NCBI GenBank assembly: GCA_947571135.1
Contig: CANOWY010000003.1
Location: 11,333-75,332 of the forward strand
Source: an uncultured Mycoplasmatota bacterium
GTDB taxonomy: Bacteria; Bacillota_I; Bacilli_A; RF39; UBA660
Reading direction: 5' to 3'
DNA length: 64,000 nucleotides
In this document: one piece after another, positions 30,747 through 39,057 of the stretch
How positions within the stretch are numbered: position 1 is the stretch's first letter
How the letters are laid out: each line of letters begins with the position of its first letter
Translations under genes and position numbers: made by a program
The notes under the pieces: model-generated
The model's database searches: none
Told to the model about the DNA's origin: nothing
The model's input: only the letters and a program-made list of their open reading frames with translations

Positions 30747-31487
30747 TTATTTTTTCTTTCTTTTTTGTTTTTTCATTTTATCACGAACCATTTTCATAAT
30801 ATCAAACTCTTTAGCATTGGCATTTTTCAAATTAGGAAAAGCCTCTAATAAACGTTTTGGATAAGTTTTAAATTTTACTACCCTTTCTTTCATTATTTTT
30901 TCAAGCATACCAGGTAACTTAGCAAGTTTTTCATTTTTTAATTCTTCACAAATAATAATTCTATTTCTTAAATTATAAGCGATAATAAAAGAATAAATCA
31001 TATCTAAAATGAAAACAACTAATAAACTATAGGCAATAATATTCATAGCAAGTGGGGAAAAATAACTTAATATTTTCGTAATAATATCATTCCCTGTATA
31101 AATAATAATTAAAGTCCCAAAACCAAAAAGTAAAGAATTAAATAAAAAAATACGTCCATGAACATTAAATTTTTCATCAGAATAATCCCACCATTTATTA
31201 TGAAAAATTTTTTCTAAAACAAAACTTGTTACATATTCTATTGCAGAAGTTATAATAGCCCCTAAAACAAAGACAATGACAGGATCCTCTTTAAATCTTA
31301 AGAGTAAAAACAAAATAAACAGACTTCCTACTCCATATATAGGACAATAAGGACCACATAAAAATCCACGATTGACTATTTTTTTTTGTTTAATACTAGA
31401 ACATACAATCTCACAAAGATACCCTACAAAACTGTACAACATAAAAACTAAAAATAAATACGGAAAATTCATTTGCATACGCCTCAC
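30747..31487 (-). CDS. Polytopic membrane protein, possibly DUF1113/'CmpB-like putative ABC-transporter' family
   Basis: 246 aa with about 6 TM helices, GFLCGPYCPIYGVGSL and a Lys-rich C-terminal tail. Family assignment is from memory only. Confidence 0.35.
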   Translation of the reverse strand: MRRMQMNFPYLFLVFMLYSFVGYLCEIVCSSIKQKKIVNRGFLCGPYCPIYGVGSLFILFLLLRFKEDPVIVFVLGAIITSAIEYVTSFVLEKIFHNKWWDYSDEKFNVHGRIFLFNSLLFGFGTLIIIYTGNDIITKILSYFSPLAMNIIAYSLLVVFILDMIYSFIIAYNLRNRIIICEELKNEKLAKLPGMLEKIMKERVVKFKTYPKRLLEAFPNLKNANAKEFDIMKMVRDKMKKQKRKKK

Positions 31488-31578
31488 CTATTTTAAGTAT
31501 AACATTTAATATTTTACTTGTAAATTAGCATAAAAAAAAATACCACACGTATACTTTTACTAAATTGGAGGGATTTAA

Positions 31579-32079
31579 ATGATTAATAAACAAGGTTTAT
31601 GGTTTGTCACATTATTTAGTTTAATATTAGTTTTAGGAATTTATTATGTTACAGTGAAAGACGATAGTAATCTACTCGCTCTACCAACTGCTACTACTTC
31701 AGGAAATGAATCTGAAGTAGTAGAAACAAATGAAAGCAGTATTTTAGTCTCTTTACGGGTACAAGATGAAGAAGAAATGCTAAAAGAAATGGAAAGTCTA
31801 CAAACTATTCTTTTAGACAACGAAGCAAGTTTACAAGAAAAAAATGATGCTTATAATTCTCTTCAAACACTAAACGCAAACAAAGGACGTGAAGAAAGTC
31901 TAGAAAAGAAAATAAAAGAAAAATTTAATTTAGAAAGTTTTATTAAAATTAAAAATGAGCAAATTAGCGTAACAATTGCTAGTAAGGAACATAATAATAC
32001 TGTAGCCAACAACATCATAAGAGCCATTCAAGAAGAATATGATACAAAAATGTTTATTGTTGTAAAATTTCAAGGCTAA
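31579..32079 (+). CDS. SpoIIIAH-like sporulation protein (membrane-anchored)
   Basis: 166 aa with an N-terminal TM and a C-terminal region resembling the SpoIIIAH/YscJ-fold domain. Lies near efp, as spoIIIA does in Bacillus. Confidence 0.35.
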   Translation: MINKQGLWFVTLFSLILVLGIYYVTVKDDSNLLALPTATTSGNESEVVETNESSILVSLRVQDEEEMLKEMESLQTILLDNEASLQEKNDAYNSLQTLNANKGREESLEKKIKEKFNLESFIKIKNEQISVTIASKEHNNTVANNIIRAIQEEYDTKMFIVVKFQG

Positions 32080-32172
32080 GCCTTATTTTAGGCATATACT
32101 CTCACTAAATCTTATCATACTTCATAAAATATTATAGATTATAAAAGTATTGAAAAGAAAGTGAGGATGCTC

Positions 32173-32385
32173 ATGAAAAAAAGTAGTATATTAACTATCC
32201 GTGAACAAGAAGTTTTTGAACTGCTCGTTTTAAATAAATCTACAAAAGAAATTGCTGAATTTTTAGGCATTAGTGAAAAAACGGTTCGTAACCATATTTC
32301 AAATGCAATGCAAAAATTAGGAGTCAAAGGACGTGCTCAAGCAGTTGTAGAACTTTTAAAACTTGGAGAAATTACGATAGAATAA
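32173..32385 (+). CDS. GerE/LuxR-family HTH transcriptional regulator (small, stand-alone)
   Basis: LTIREQEVFELLVLNKSTKEIAEFLGISEKTVRNHISNAMQKLGV is the classic LuxR_C HTH. RBS gtgagg at 32161-32166. ATG at 32173 is preferred over GTG at 32161. Confidence 0.7.
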   Translation: MKKSSILTIREQEVFELLVLNKSTKEIAEFLGISEKTVRNHISNAMQKLGVKGRAQAVVELLKLGEITIE

Positions 32386-32396
32386 TTGAAATTATA

Positions 32397-32430
32397 CTCA
32401 TCTAATAAGATGAGATTTTTTTATTTTTTT
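32397..32430 (+). terminator. Intrinsic terminator after the gerE-like gene
   Basis: ctcatct-aata-agatgag, a 7-bp stem followed by attttttttattttttt. Confidence 0.6.
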
Positions 32431-32476
32431 GGTATAAAAATGAATGTTAAAAATAAAATATATTAGGTGATTTATC

Positions 32477-33427
32477 ATGTTAAAAAAAGGGATTATTAAA
32501 AGAATAACAATTTCTTCTCTTGCACTTCTTATTCTCCTTATTACTTATTTTTTTCCCACCAAAATGGAGCAAAAAATTCCACAAACACTTAGTTATAGTG
32601 ATATCAAAACAAGTGCTATATACATTTTAAATAACACATCTTACGTTAGTCGCATTCCTATGAAAATATCTGCAAACGAAACACTTGATAGAGCAAAAGA
32701 AATCCTTACTATTTTAACGATTAAAAGCAAAGAAAGCGAATATTTACCCACTGATTTTTATGGGGTAATTCCAGTTGGAACAGTCATTCGTGATATTTCT
32801 TTAGATAATGGAATTATAAAAGTAGACTTTTCTAAAGAATTTCTAAATACAACCAAAGATTTAGAACGCAAAGTAATCGAAGCAATAGTGTTTTCTCTAA
32901 CGGAGTTAAAAGAAGTAGAAAATGTCCTTATTTTTGTAGAAGGAGAACAATTATTAGAACTTCCCTTCAGTAAAGAAAAACTTCCCCCTATTCTAAATAA
33001 AGATTTTGGAATAAATAAAGTTTATGATATTGAAAGTATTAAAAATACCACTAAAACAACTATTTATTATGGAAGTAAAACAAATGATACTTTTTACTAT
33101 ATTCCTATCACTTATATCGACAATAACCCACAAGAAAAAGTAGAAATTATTATTGAAAAGTTAAAAACTTCTCCATTATACGAATCTAATTTAGTAAGTT
33201 ATTTGCATGCTAATGCAGAAATGACCAATTATGAAATATTAGAGCAAGAAATAAAATTAAGTTTTAACAATTATTTATTAGATGATGTAACGAACGGAAA
33301 CGTTTTAGAAGAAGTAAAATATACAATTTTCCTTTCTTTACGTGATACTTATAATATAGAAAAAGTAGAATTTAATATTAAAAGTGATATAGAAAATTTG
33401 AATTTTGTTATAAATCCGCTTGAATAA
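32477..33427 (+). CDS. GerM-like lipoprotein / GerMN-domain protein
   Basis: 316 aa with an N-terminal signal/anchor and two GerMN-like repeats (spore germination/sporulation associated). Confidence 0.45.
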   Translation: MLKKGIIKRITISSLALLILLITYFFPTKMEQKIPQTLSYSDIKTSAIYILNNTSYVSRIPMKISANETLDRAKEILTILTIKSKESEYLPTDFYGVIPVGTVIRDISLDNGIIKVDFSKEFLNTTKDLERKVIEAIVFSLTELKEVENVLIFVEGEQLLELPFSKEKLPPILNKDFGINKVYDIESIKNTTKTTIYYGSKTNDTFYYIPITYIDNNPQEKVEIIIEKLKTSPLYESNLVSYLHANAEMTNYEILEQEIKLSFNNYLLDDVTNGNVLEEVKYTIFLSLRDTYNIEKVEFNIKSDIENLNFVINPLE

Positions 33428-33448
33428 TACAAAATATTATTATATAAT
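33420..33448 (+). promoter_or_regulatory. Putative sigma-A promoter for tRNA-Arg (TTGAAT-N17-TATAAT)
   Basis: TTGAAT at 33420-33425 (overlaps the gerM-like stop), an exact 17-nt spacer and TATAAT at 33443-33448, about 22 nt before the tRNA 5' end. Confidence 0.5.
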
Positions 33449-33469
33449 CAATATGTCCATGAGTGAAAC

Positions 33470-33546
33470 GTCCCGGTAGCTCAGTTGGATAGAGCATACG
33501 CCTTCTAAGCGTACGGTCATGTGTTCGAATCACATCCGGGACACCA
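33470..33546 (+). tRNA. tRNA-Arg (anticodon TCT), CCA encoded
   Basis: Cloverleaf folded by hand: acceptor GTCCCGG/CCGGGAC, D-arm TAGCTCAGTTGGATAGAGCA, anticodon stem TACGC/GCGTA with loop cTTCTAa, T-arm ATGTG-TTCGAAT-CACAT, and 3' ACCA. Confidence 0.85.
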
Positions 33547-33563
33547 CTTTAAGTATTATAATT

Positions 33564-33592
33564 CCTTAGAAATAAGGGATTTTTTTATTTTT
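33564..33592 (+). terminator. Intrinsic terminator after the tRNA
   Basis: cctta-gaaa-taagg stem-loop followed by gatttttttattttt. Confidence 0.5.
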
Positions 33593-33623
33593 GCTTTATT
33601 GTACCTATAAAAAAGAGCACAAT

Positions 33624-34562
33624 TTATACTTGTTCTCCTGATTCTATTATTTCCTCTGTTACATATATTTTACTGACTTCTTTTTTTAATCTTTTTACCA
33701 AAGTAAATTTATAAGGAATTTCTTCTATTTCTTCACGAACATTGACTAAGAATTCTTCTCTTTCCTCTTTATCTAAATTATTAAGCAAAGTAGAAAGATA
33801 AATACTTCTTAAAAAAGCAATTTGTTTTGTTCTACATAATCTTTCAGATATTAAACAATTTACTTGTTGAATAGCAAGATTAGTATTATATTCGTTTATT
33901 GTTTTCCATAACATATTTTTATCAAATACTTCTTCATAAATGATTTCTGTACTATATAATTCATAAGGAAAATGAAGTATTCTATCTTTTATATAAATTT
34001 GTTCCAATAATGTATTTAAATACGTGATTTCATAAGGAATACGTGTCACTTTTTCTTTTAATATTTTTTCACGTGGATTTTGACATGTAGAAATATTTAG
34101 AAAACGGAGACAATTTTCTAATTCTAAATCTTGAGAGATTGTATCTAAAATATAGTCTTCTTCTGAAGCATAAAATTTATTAATAGTTGATTTTTCTTGT
34201 AATAGTACTTCCCCTTCCTCATCTTTTATTGTTGAAGTAATAGGATTTTCTCTAACCAACTTTTTTAATTTTTCAGAAATTCTTAATAAAGCAAGGGATT
34301 GGTTATTTAAAACAATATAATTTTCTAATACACTATCATTGGATAATCCATAACATGTTAAAAATTTAAAATAGATGTCTTGCAAATGCGAAGCATAATC
34401 TTTTTGTAATGTTTCTAAAAGTTTTTCTTCTTTTTGGGTTAAATATTCTAAACAAGTAAATAGTGCTTCTTTTTCTGTTTTATCTTCCTCTTTTTGAATC
34501 CTACGATATAAATTATAGATTTGATGTGCATTTTCTATTAAAAATTCTATGATATTATGCAA
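33624..34562 (-). CDS. Hypothetical acidic cytoplasmic protein (312 aa, TTG start), driven by a poly-G-containing promoter
   Basis: Long ORF with no TM and no family recognised. Start codon is TTG at 34560-34562, preceded by an aggggtg RBS. A 7/8-bp hairpin plus U-run follows the stop, in the 33596-33630 area. Confidence 0.55.
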   Translation of the reverse strand: MHNIIEFLIENAHQIYNLYRRIQKEEDKTEKEALFTCLEYLTQKEEKLLETLQKDYASHLQDIYFKFLTCYGLSNDSVLENYIVLNNQSLALLRISEKLKKLVRENPITSTIKDEEGEVLLQEKSTINKFYASEEDYILDTISQDLELENCLRFLNISTCQNPREKILKEKVTRIPYEITYLNTLLEQIYIKDRILHFPYELYSTEIIYEEVFDKNMLWKTINEYNTNLAIQQVNCLISERLCRTKQIAFLRSIYLSTLLNNLDKEEREEFLVNVREEIEEIPYKFTLVKRLKKEVSKIYVTEEIIESGEQV

Positions 34563-34597
34563 ACTAAAACACCCCTGTCTTTTCTAATTTTCAAAAT

Positions 34598-34625
34598 ATT
34601 ATAACCCCCCCCCGATCGTTGTCAA
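34598..34625 (-). promoter_or_regulatory. Consensus sigma-A promoter with a G9 homopolymer in the spacer (TTGACA-acgatcGGGGGGGGGt-TATAAT); candidate phase-variable promoter
   Basis: Reverse complement of 34598-34625 reads TTGACAacgatcgggggggggtTATAAT. The spacer is 16 nt and 9 of them are G. It sits about 35 nt upstream of the TTG start of the 312-aa gene. Confidence 0.6.
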
Positions 34626-34691
34626 TAAAATTAAAAATCATATTAATAATATAAAAACTATTTTATAATTTATTCTTCCATTTCAACTAAA

Positions 34692-34730
34692 GAAAGTAGC
34701 AAATTATTCTTTAATAGTTTTGCTACTTTC
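34692..34730 (-). terminator. 12-bp perfect stem hairpin enclosing the stop codon of the 346-aa gene (terminator-like, weak U-tract)
   Basis: gaaagtagcaaa (34692-34703) pairs with tttgctactttc (34719-34730) around a 15-nt loop that contains the TAA stop. It is followed by UUUAGUU on the minus strand. Confidence 0.4.
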
Positions 34731-35744
34731 ATTTTTAAATTTCCACGGATTATCTTTTTCTCCTGTCCCTGATACTTTTAACCCAGATTTAAGAACAACA
34801 ATAGGTCGAATATAAGCGCTACTTGTAACTTCGGCATCAGATTCCATGAGTCTAATCCCTGAATATTCACTCCCATAACTATTTGAAACTTGTAGATACA
34901 AAGACACATTACGATATGTAGTGGCAGAAGTATGTTCATTTGTATAGGTACGAGTCGATAAAAAATAATTCCCTGTTTCGTTAGTAAAAACCTTATTACT
35001 GGCAAGCGTTCCTAAAGCATTTTGAAGCAAGGAAACATCTGTTTTATACGCTCTATCTCCACATCCTTGTGGCTCCAATGCCCCATCTAACCAATTTTTA
35101 TCATAAGTTCTATGATTCCAACAATTATTATTAATACCAGATAGACTATTATATATAATTAGAGACTGATTGCTATACCCTACATGTCTAGAACCATCTG
35201 TATATAAATCATTTTCATATTGTTTTGCAATATCCTGAATTGTTTGTACATAATATTTGTATCCATGTACACCAGTAAAATATATAGCAGTACTTGATAC
35301 ATATTCCGATACCATTTCGATTTTTCCATCATTTGTTTTTCTTATAACTCTCCACAAATTTAATTCGCTAGGATGAATAGTTTGATTTGTACTATAGCCT
35401 GTATAACTGTTTGGTACTGTATATGTTGTACTTTCAGGAGTCATTTCCACATAATCTCCTACTTCAACTACAGTTGTAAGTTCTACATCGTTATAATGAG
35501 GTCTAAAAACAGGGATTCTTCCCTTTAAGACATTAAATTCCTTTTTCTCTTCATAAAAAGCAAATGTTTTATAAAGTGTGATTCCACCTACTACCAGAAG
35601 TATTCCTATTATGCTTCCTACTAAGACTTTCTTTTGTTTTTGATTTTTATTAAACTTCTTAAATTCACCTGGGTTACTTTCTAATATACCCCCCCCCAGG
35701 CGTGTTCCTGAAGTTGGGAGGTTTCTTTTCTTCATTTTTTTCAT
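34704..35744 (-). CDS. Membrane-anchored surface protein of unknown function (346 aa) with a G9 tract in codons 17-19
   Basis: N-terminus MKKMKKRNLPTSGTRLGGGILESNPGEFKK (cytoplasmic), TM VLVGSIIGILLVVGGITL, then about 290 aa extracellular Tyr/Ser/Thr/Asn-rich domain with 4 Cys. Strong RBS ggaggag. C9 at 35689-35697 on the plus strand. Confidence 0.6.
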   Translation of the reverse strand: MKKMKKRNLPTSGTRLGGGILESNPGEFKKFNKNQKQKKVLVGSIIGILLVVGGITLYKTFAFYEEKKEFNVLKGRIPVFRPHYNDVELTTVVEVGDYVEMTPESTTYTVPNSYTGYSTNQTIHPSELNLWRVIRKTNDGKIEMVSEYVSSTAIYFTGVHGYKYYVQTIQDIAKQYENDLYTDGSRHVGYSNQSLIIYNSLSGINNNCWNHRTYDKNWLDGALEPQGCGDRAYKTDVSLLQNALGTLASNKVFTNETGNYFLSTRTYTNEHTSATTYRNVSLYLQVSNSYGSEYSGIRLMESDAEVTSSAYIRPIVVLKSGLKVSGTGEKDNPWKFKNESSKTIKE

Positions 35745-35944
35745 TTATATCTCCTCCATTTATTATATACTTATCATATCATATTTTTTTACTATTGTGA
35801 CAAATAAATAAATTTCCACGAAAATCCAAAAATGTAGTTTTCTTATGATATATTATAAAAATATTCTGTATTTCATAAAAAAAATGAACAAAATAAATTT
35901 AGATTATCAAATTTTTTACGTCTTTAAAATAATTTTATAACCGC

Positions 35945-35973
35945 ATAAAAAAATACTAGCCTAAACCTAGTAT
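35945..35973 (-). terminator. Intrinsic terminator after rpmF
   Basis: atactag-cctaaac-ctagtat (a 7-bp perfect stem) followed on the minus strand by UUUUUUU (A-run 35946-35952 on plus). Confidence 0.55.
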
Positions 35974-35998
35974 CTTTTAATCTGATAATATCTTTTTA

Positions 35999-36208
35999 TT
36001 ATTTCTCTTCAGATATTTTAATTACTTCTTTGTCTTTGTAATTCCCACATTTTGTACAAGCACGATGAGGTCTAATAGCAGCACCACATTTAGAACATGT
36101 ATTAATGGCTCCTACTTCTTTCTTTAAATGTGTACGACGCATTCTTTTTTTCGTTTTACTCGTTCTTCTAAACGGAACTGCAAATCTTTGAATGTCTAAT
36201 TGTAACAT
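35999..36208 (-). CDS. rpmF: 50S ribosomal protein L32
   Basis: ...[55 protein letters not shown] matches L32 ([10 protein letters not shown]4 ribbon). The likely start is ATG at 36206-36208 ([11 protein letters not shown]) with a ggaaggaa RBS. The track ORF is extended 8 codons upstream. Confidence 0.75.
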   Translation of the reverse strand: MLQLDIQRFAVPFRRTSKTKKRMRRTHLKKEVGAINTCSKCGAAIRPHRACTKCGNYKDKEVIKISEEK

Positions 36209-36212
36209 AATC

Positions 36213-36716
36213 TCATTCCTTCCCATGATCAAGTAACTCTGCCAATTTTGCTAGTCTCGGATCAATTTCATTTTTCTTTTCTTCTGTAAGTTCCCATCCA
36301 CTACCTGCGGTCTTTAAAATATTAGTACTTGCTTTGGTAGCACTAATGGGAATTTCCAATACAATATTCTCCCATAAAATCTCGCTAATATCAAGAGTAT
36401 TTTTACTTTTTTCATAAAAATCACCACAAGTTTCTTCAAGATTTTCGACTTTTTCTTCTATAAGACAAGAAAATGGATACTCTATTGGATCTAATGTAAT
36501 GGCATCTTGTAAAATAAATTTCCCGTTGGTTTCTAGATTTAGAGTCAAATTATTTTCATAGTCATAATTTATGTTTCCACTAACATGTAACTCTTTTATA
36601 TCCAAAATAGAAGCATTTTTATAGAGTTCTTTTTCTAAGAAAACTTCTTCGTCTATTAAAAGTCCAGTATTAGGTATTTTATTTAATTCTATAATCATCT
36701 TTTCACCTAAAAACAT
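36213..36716 (-). CDS. yceD: YceD/DUF177 family protein (23S rRNA accumulation protein YceD homologue)
   Basis: 167 aa acidic protein with two CxxC-type pairs, immediately upstream of rpmF (conserved yceD-rpmF synteny, ylbN in B. subtilis). Confidence 0.55.
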   Translation of the reverse strand: MFLGEKMIIELNKIPNTGLLIDEEVFLEKELYKNASILDIKELHVSGNINYDYENNLTLNLETNGKFILQDAITLDPIEYPFSCLIEEKVENLEETCGDFYEKSKNTLDISEILWENIVLEIPISATKASTNILKTAGSGWELTEEKKNEIDPRLAKLAELLDHGKE

Positions 36717-36795
36717 TATACTATAAAAAACAAATACAATCTACTTTATTTTTTATGTTCTCTTATGCTAAACTATGACAAAAGGAGTTTTATAT

Positions 36796-37908
36796 ATGGA
36801 GAAAATTGGTATTATTTGTGAATACAATCCATTTCATAATGGACACATGTATCATATCCAAAAAATAAAAGAGATGTATCCTGATTCTTTTCTAGTTTTG
36901 ATTTTAAATGGTTATTTTTTAGAACGAGGAGAAGTAAGTATCTTAACTAAAGAAGATAAGACCAAAATTGCACTATTTTATGGAATAGATTTGGTGGTAG
37001 AACTCCCTGCTTTATATGGAACACAATCCGCAGATATTTTTGCAGATATTTCTGTTACTCTTCTACATCATTTAAAAGTAGAAAAATTAATATTTGGAAG
37101 TGAGTTAAACGATATTTCTCTTCTAAACAAAATTGTAGAAGAAGTCGAATGTCCTACTTACCAAGAAACTGTACAAAAATTTCTTAAGGAAGGCATAAAT
37201 TATCCTACTGCTCTTTCCAAAGCCATTTCACTTAATATAGATTTTAACAACCCTAATGATTTACTGGCTATTTCTTATATAAAGGCTATTAAAAAACACA
37301 AGTATTCTATTACCCCACTCTCTATTAAAAGGACTAGCCATTATCACGATTTAAAAAGTACAGAAGAAATTATTAGTGCTTCTAACATTCGAAATAAATT
37401 ATTCCATCAAGAAGAAATTACAAATTACTTACCAGAGATAAGCCAAAAATCTATTATTCCTAACAACGACAAAACATTCTTTACTTTATTAAAATTTAAA
37501 ATACTAACTACCCCACATTTAGAAGAATTTTTGACAGTAGATGAAGGGATTGAAAATCGTTTAGTAAAATGTGTAAAGACAAGTAATTCTTTAGAAGAAT
37601 TTTTTAAAAATGTAAAAACGAAACGATATACAATGAACAAATTAAGACGTATGTGTATTCATATTTTACTGGGTATTACTAAAAAGGAAAATACAAAAAC
37701 TCTTTCTTATATTCATATTTTAGGTTTTAATAAAAAAGGACAAGCATATTTGAATAGCATAAAAAAAGAGATAGATATTCCTACCCAAATTAATAAAAAT
37801 TCTATAGAATACAAAACCGAAATAAAAGCCGCTATTTTATACGACTTATTACATAATACGAATACTTATAAATTTGAAATGCAAAATAAACCCATTCAAA
37901 AACTCTAA
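36796..37908 (+). CDS. tmcAL: tRNA(Met) cytidine acetate ligase TmcAL (YlbM/UPF0348)
   Basis: MEKIGIICEYNPFHNGHMYHIQKIKE is the HxGH nucleotidyltransferase N-terminus typical of YlbM/TmcAL. RBS aaaggag, ATG at 36796. Synteny with yceD-rpmF as in Bacillus ylbM-ylbN-rpmF. Confidence 0.65.
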   Translation: MEKIGIICEYNPFHNGHMYHIQKIKEMYPDSFLVLILNGYFLERGEVSILTKEDKTKIALFYGIDLVVELPALYGTQSADIFADISVTLLHHLKVEKLIFGSELNDISLLNKIVEEVECPTYQETVQKFLKEGINYPTALSKAISLNIDFNNPNDLLAISYIKAIKKHKYSITPLSIKRTSHYHDLKSTEEIISASNIRNKLFHQEEITNYLPEISQKSIIPNNDKTFFTLLKFKILTTPHLEEFLTVDEGIENRLVKCVKTSNSLEEFFKNVKTKRYTMNKLRRMCIHILLGITKKENTKTLSYIHILGFNKKGQAYLNSIKKEIDIPTQINKNSIEYKTEIKAAILYDLLHNTNTYKFEMQNKPIQKL

Positions 37909-37924
37909 TACAATTTTTAGAGTT

Positions 37925-38578
37925 TTATTTTTTTAACAATTCTCTTTGGAATTTAGTAAAATTAAATTCTTCATAATTAGATAATACTTGGGTTATAAAA
38001 TTTATTAAATCGTTATACATATCGATTTGTTCTAGTAAAGGTACTTCTTGATTAACAATAGACATTTCAATTCTTTTAAAATAAGCATCATAATTTTCTT
38101 GCTCTTTTATATAAGTATCCATTGTAATTTCTATCAATGATTCTAATATACTAAAAACGTCCTTTATTAAATTTCCCTTTTTATAGTAATCTATCAATAT
38201 GCTAACTAAGGCTTCCACTAAAATAAGATAAGAATCTAACATATTTTCTTTTTGTTTATAGGCAAGTATTTTTCTATTAAATCCATTTGGTAATTTTTTA
38301 TAAGGCATTCTCAATATCATTTCTGAAATTGGTCGGCGTAATTGCTCTTTTTCCATTGCATTTTCTATTTTTTCATTTTGTTGGTACATATCCTCTAAGA
38401 ACACGTCCATTTCTAAGATTTTTTTATTTCTTATCGTGGTTGTTTTCTCTGTTCTAGTTGCAAAAAATAAGTATCTTATTTTCTTTAAAATACTTTTGTA
38501 TATTTTTCTAAAACTTAAATTTGCATTTGCTTGTATTAATTCTTCTTTATATTTTAAAAATAGTGCTTCATAATCCAT
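37925..38578 (-). CDS. Hypothetical protein (217 aa)
   Basis: Long ORF with AT-rich-genome codon usage. No family recognised. Confidence 0.45.
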   Translation of the reverse strand: MDYEALFLKYKEELIQANANLSFRKIYKSILKKIRYLFFATRTEKTTTIRNKKILEMDVFLEDMYQQNEKIENAMEKEQLRRPISEMILRMPYKKLPNGFNRKILAYKQKENMLDSYLILVEALVSILIDYYKKGNLIKDVFSILESLIEITMDTYIKEQENYDAYFKRIEMSIVNQEVPLLEQIDMYNDLINFITQVLSNYEEFNFTKFQRELLKK

Positions 38579-38620
38579 AAAAAATATCTCCTTTTATAAG
38601 AGATACTTTAGCGCTTTCTT

Positions 38621-39022
38621 TTATCTTTGTCTAGAACTTTTTAATTTAGAGTCATTTATCCTTTCTTCCATTTCCCGTAATTCATTTACAGTATAATTTT
38701 TTTCTTCTTCGTTCAAAACATTTGCTAACATTTTAAAATTGAAACTATATTTTTTAGGGATTACATACACAAATCCTTTTTGAATGATTATTTTAGCATT
38801 TTCTCCCTTCAGATTTCTATATACTCTATTTTCTTTTTTCTGGTGTTGTTTCGTTTCTCTTTTAGGAATTAAAATTTCATATCTCTCTGTTTGTTTATTT
38901 TGGATAACAACTAAATCTTGATTCGAATAAGTTTCCGCTTCTTGATTTAAATACTTTTTTATTCGTTCTAGATTTTCTCTACTTTCTTCTAACACTTCTT
39001 TCATAAATTCTTCCCCTAACAT
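38621..39022 (-). CDS. Hypothetical basic protein (133 aa)
   Basis: ORF with a Lys/Glu-rich composition. No family recognised. Confidence 0.4.
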   Translation of the reverse strand: MLGEEFMKEVLEESRENLERIKKYLNQEAETYSNQDLVVIQNKQTERYEILIPKRETKQHQKKENRVYRNLKGENAKIIIQKGFVYVIPKKYSFNFKMLANVLNEEEKNYTVNELREMEERINDSKLKSSRQR

Positions 39023-39057
39023 TCACCATATTAAGAAATTTTGATAAGAATTGCAAG

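Noticed and set aside
34605-34613. Possibility that the C9/G9 runs are assembly or sequencing artefacts
   Set aside because: Two independent runs of identical length occur in functionally meaningful positions: a promoter spacer giving exactly 16 nt, and in-frame Gly codons. A paralogous copy has the tract precisely interrupted. An artefact would not produce this pattern. It can only be verified with reads.
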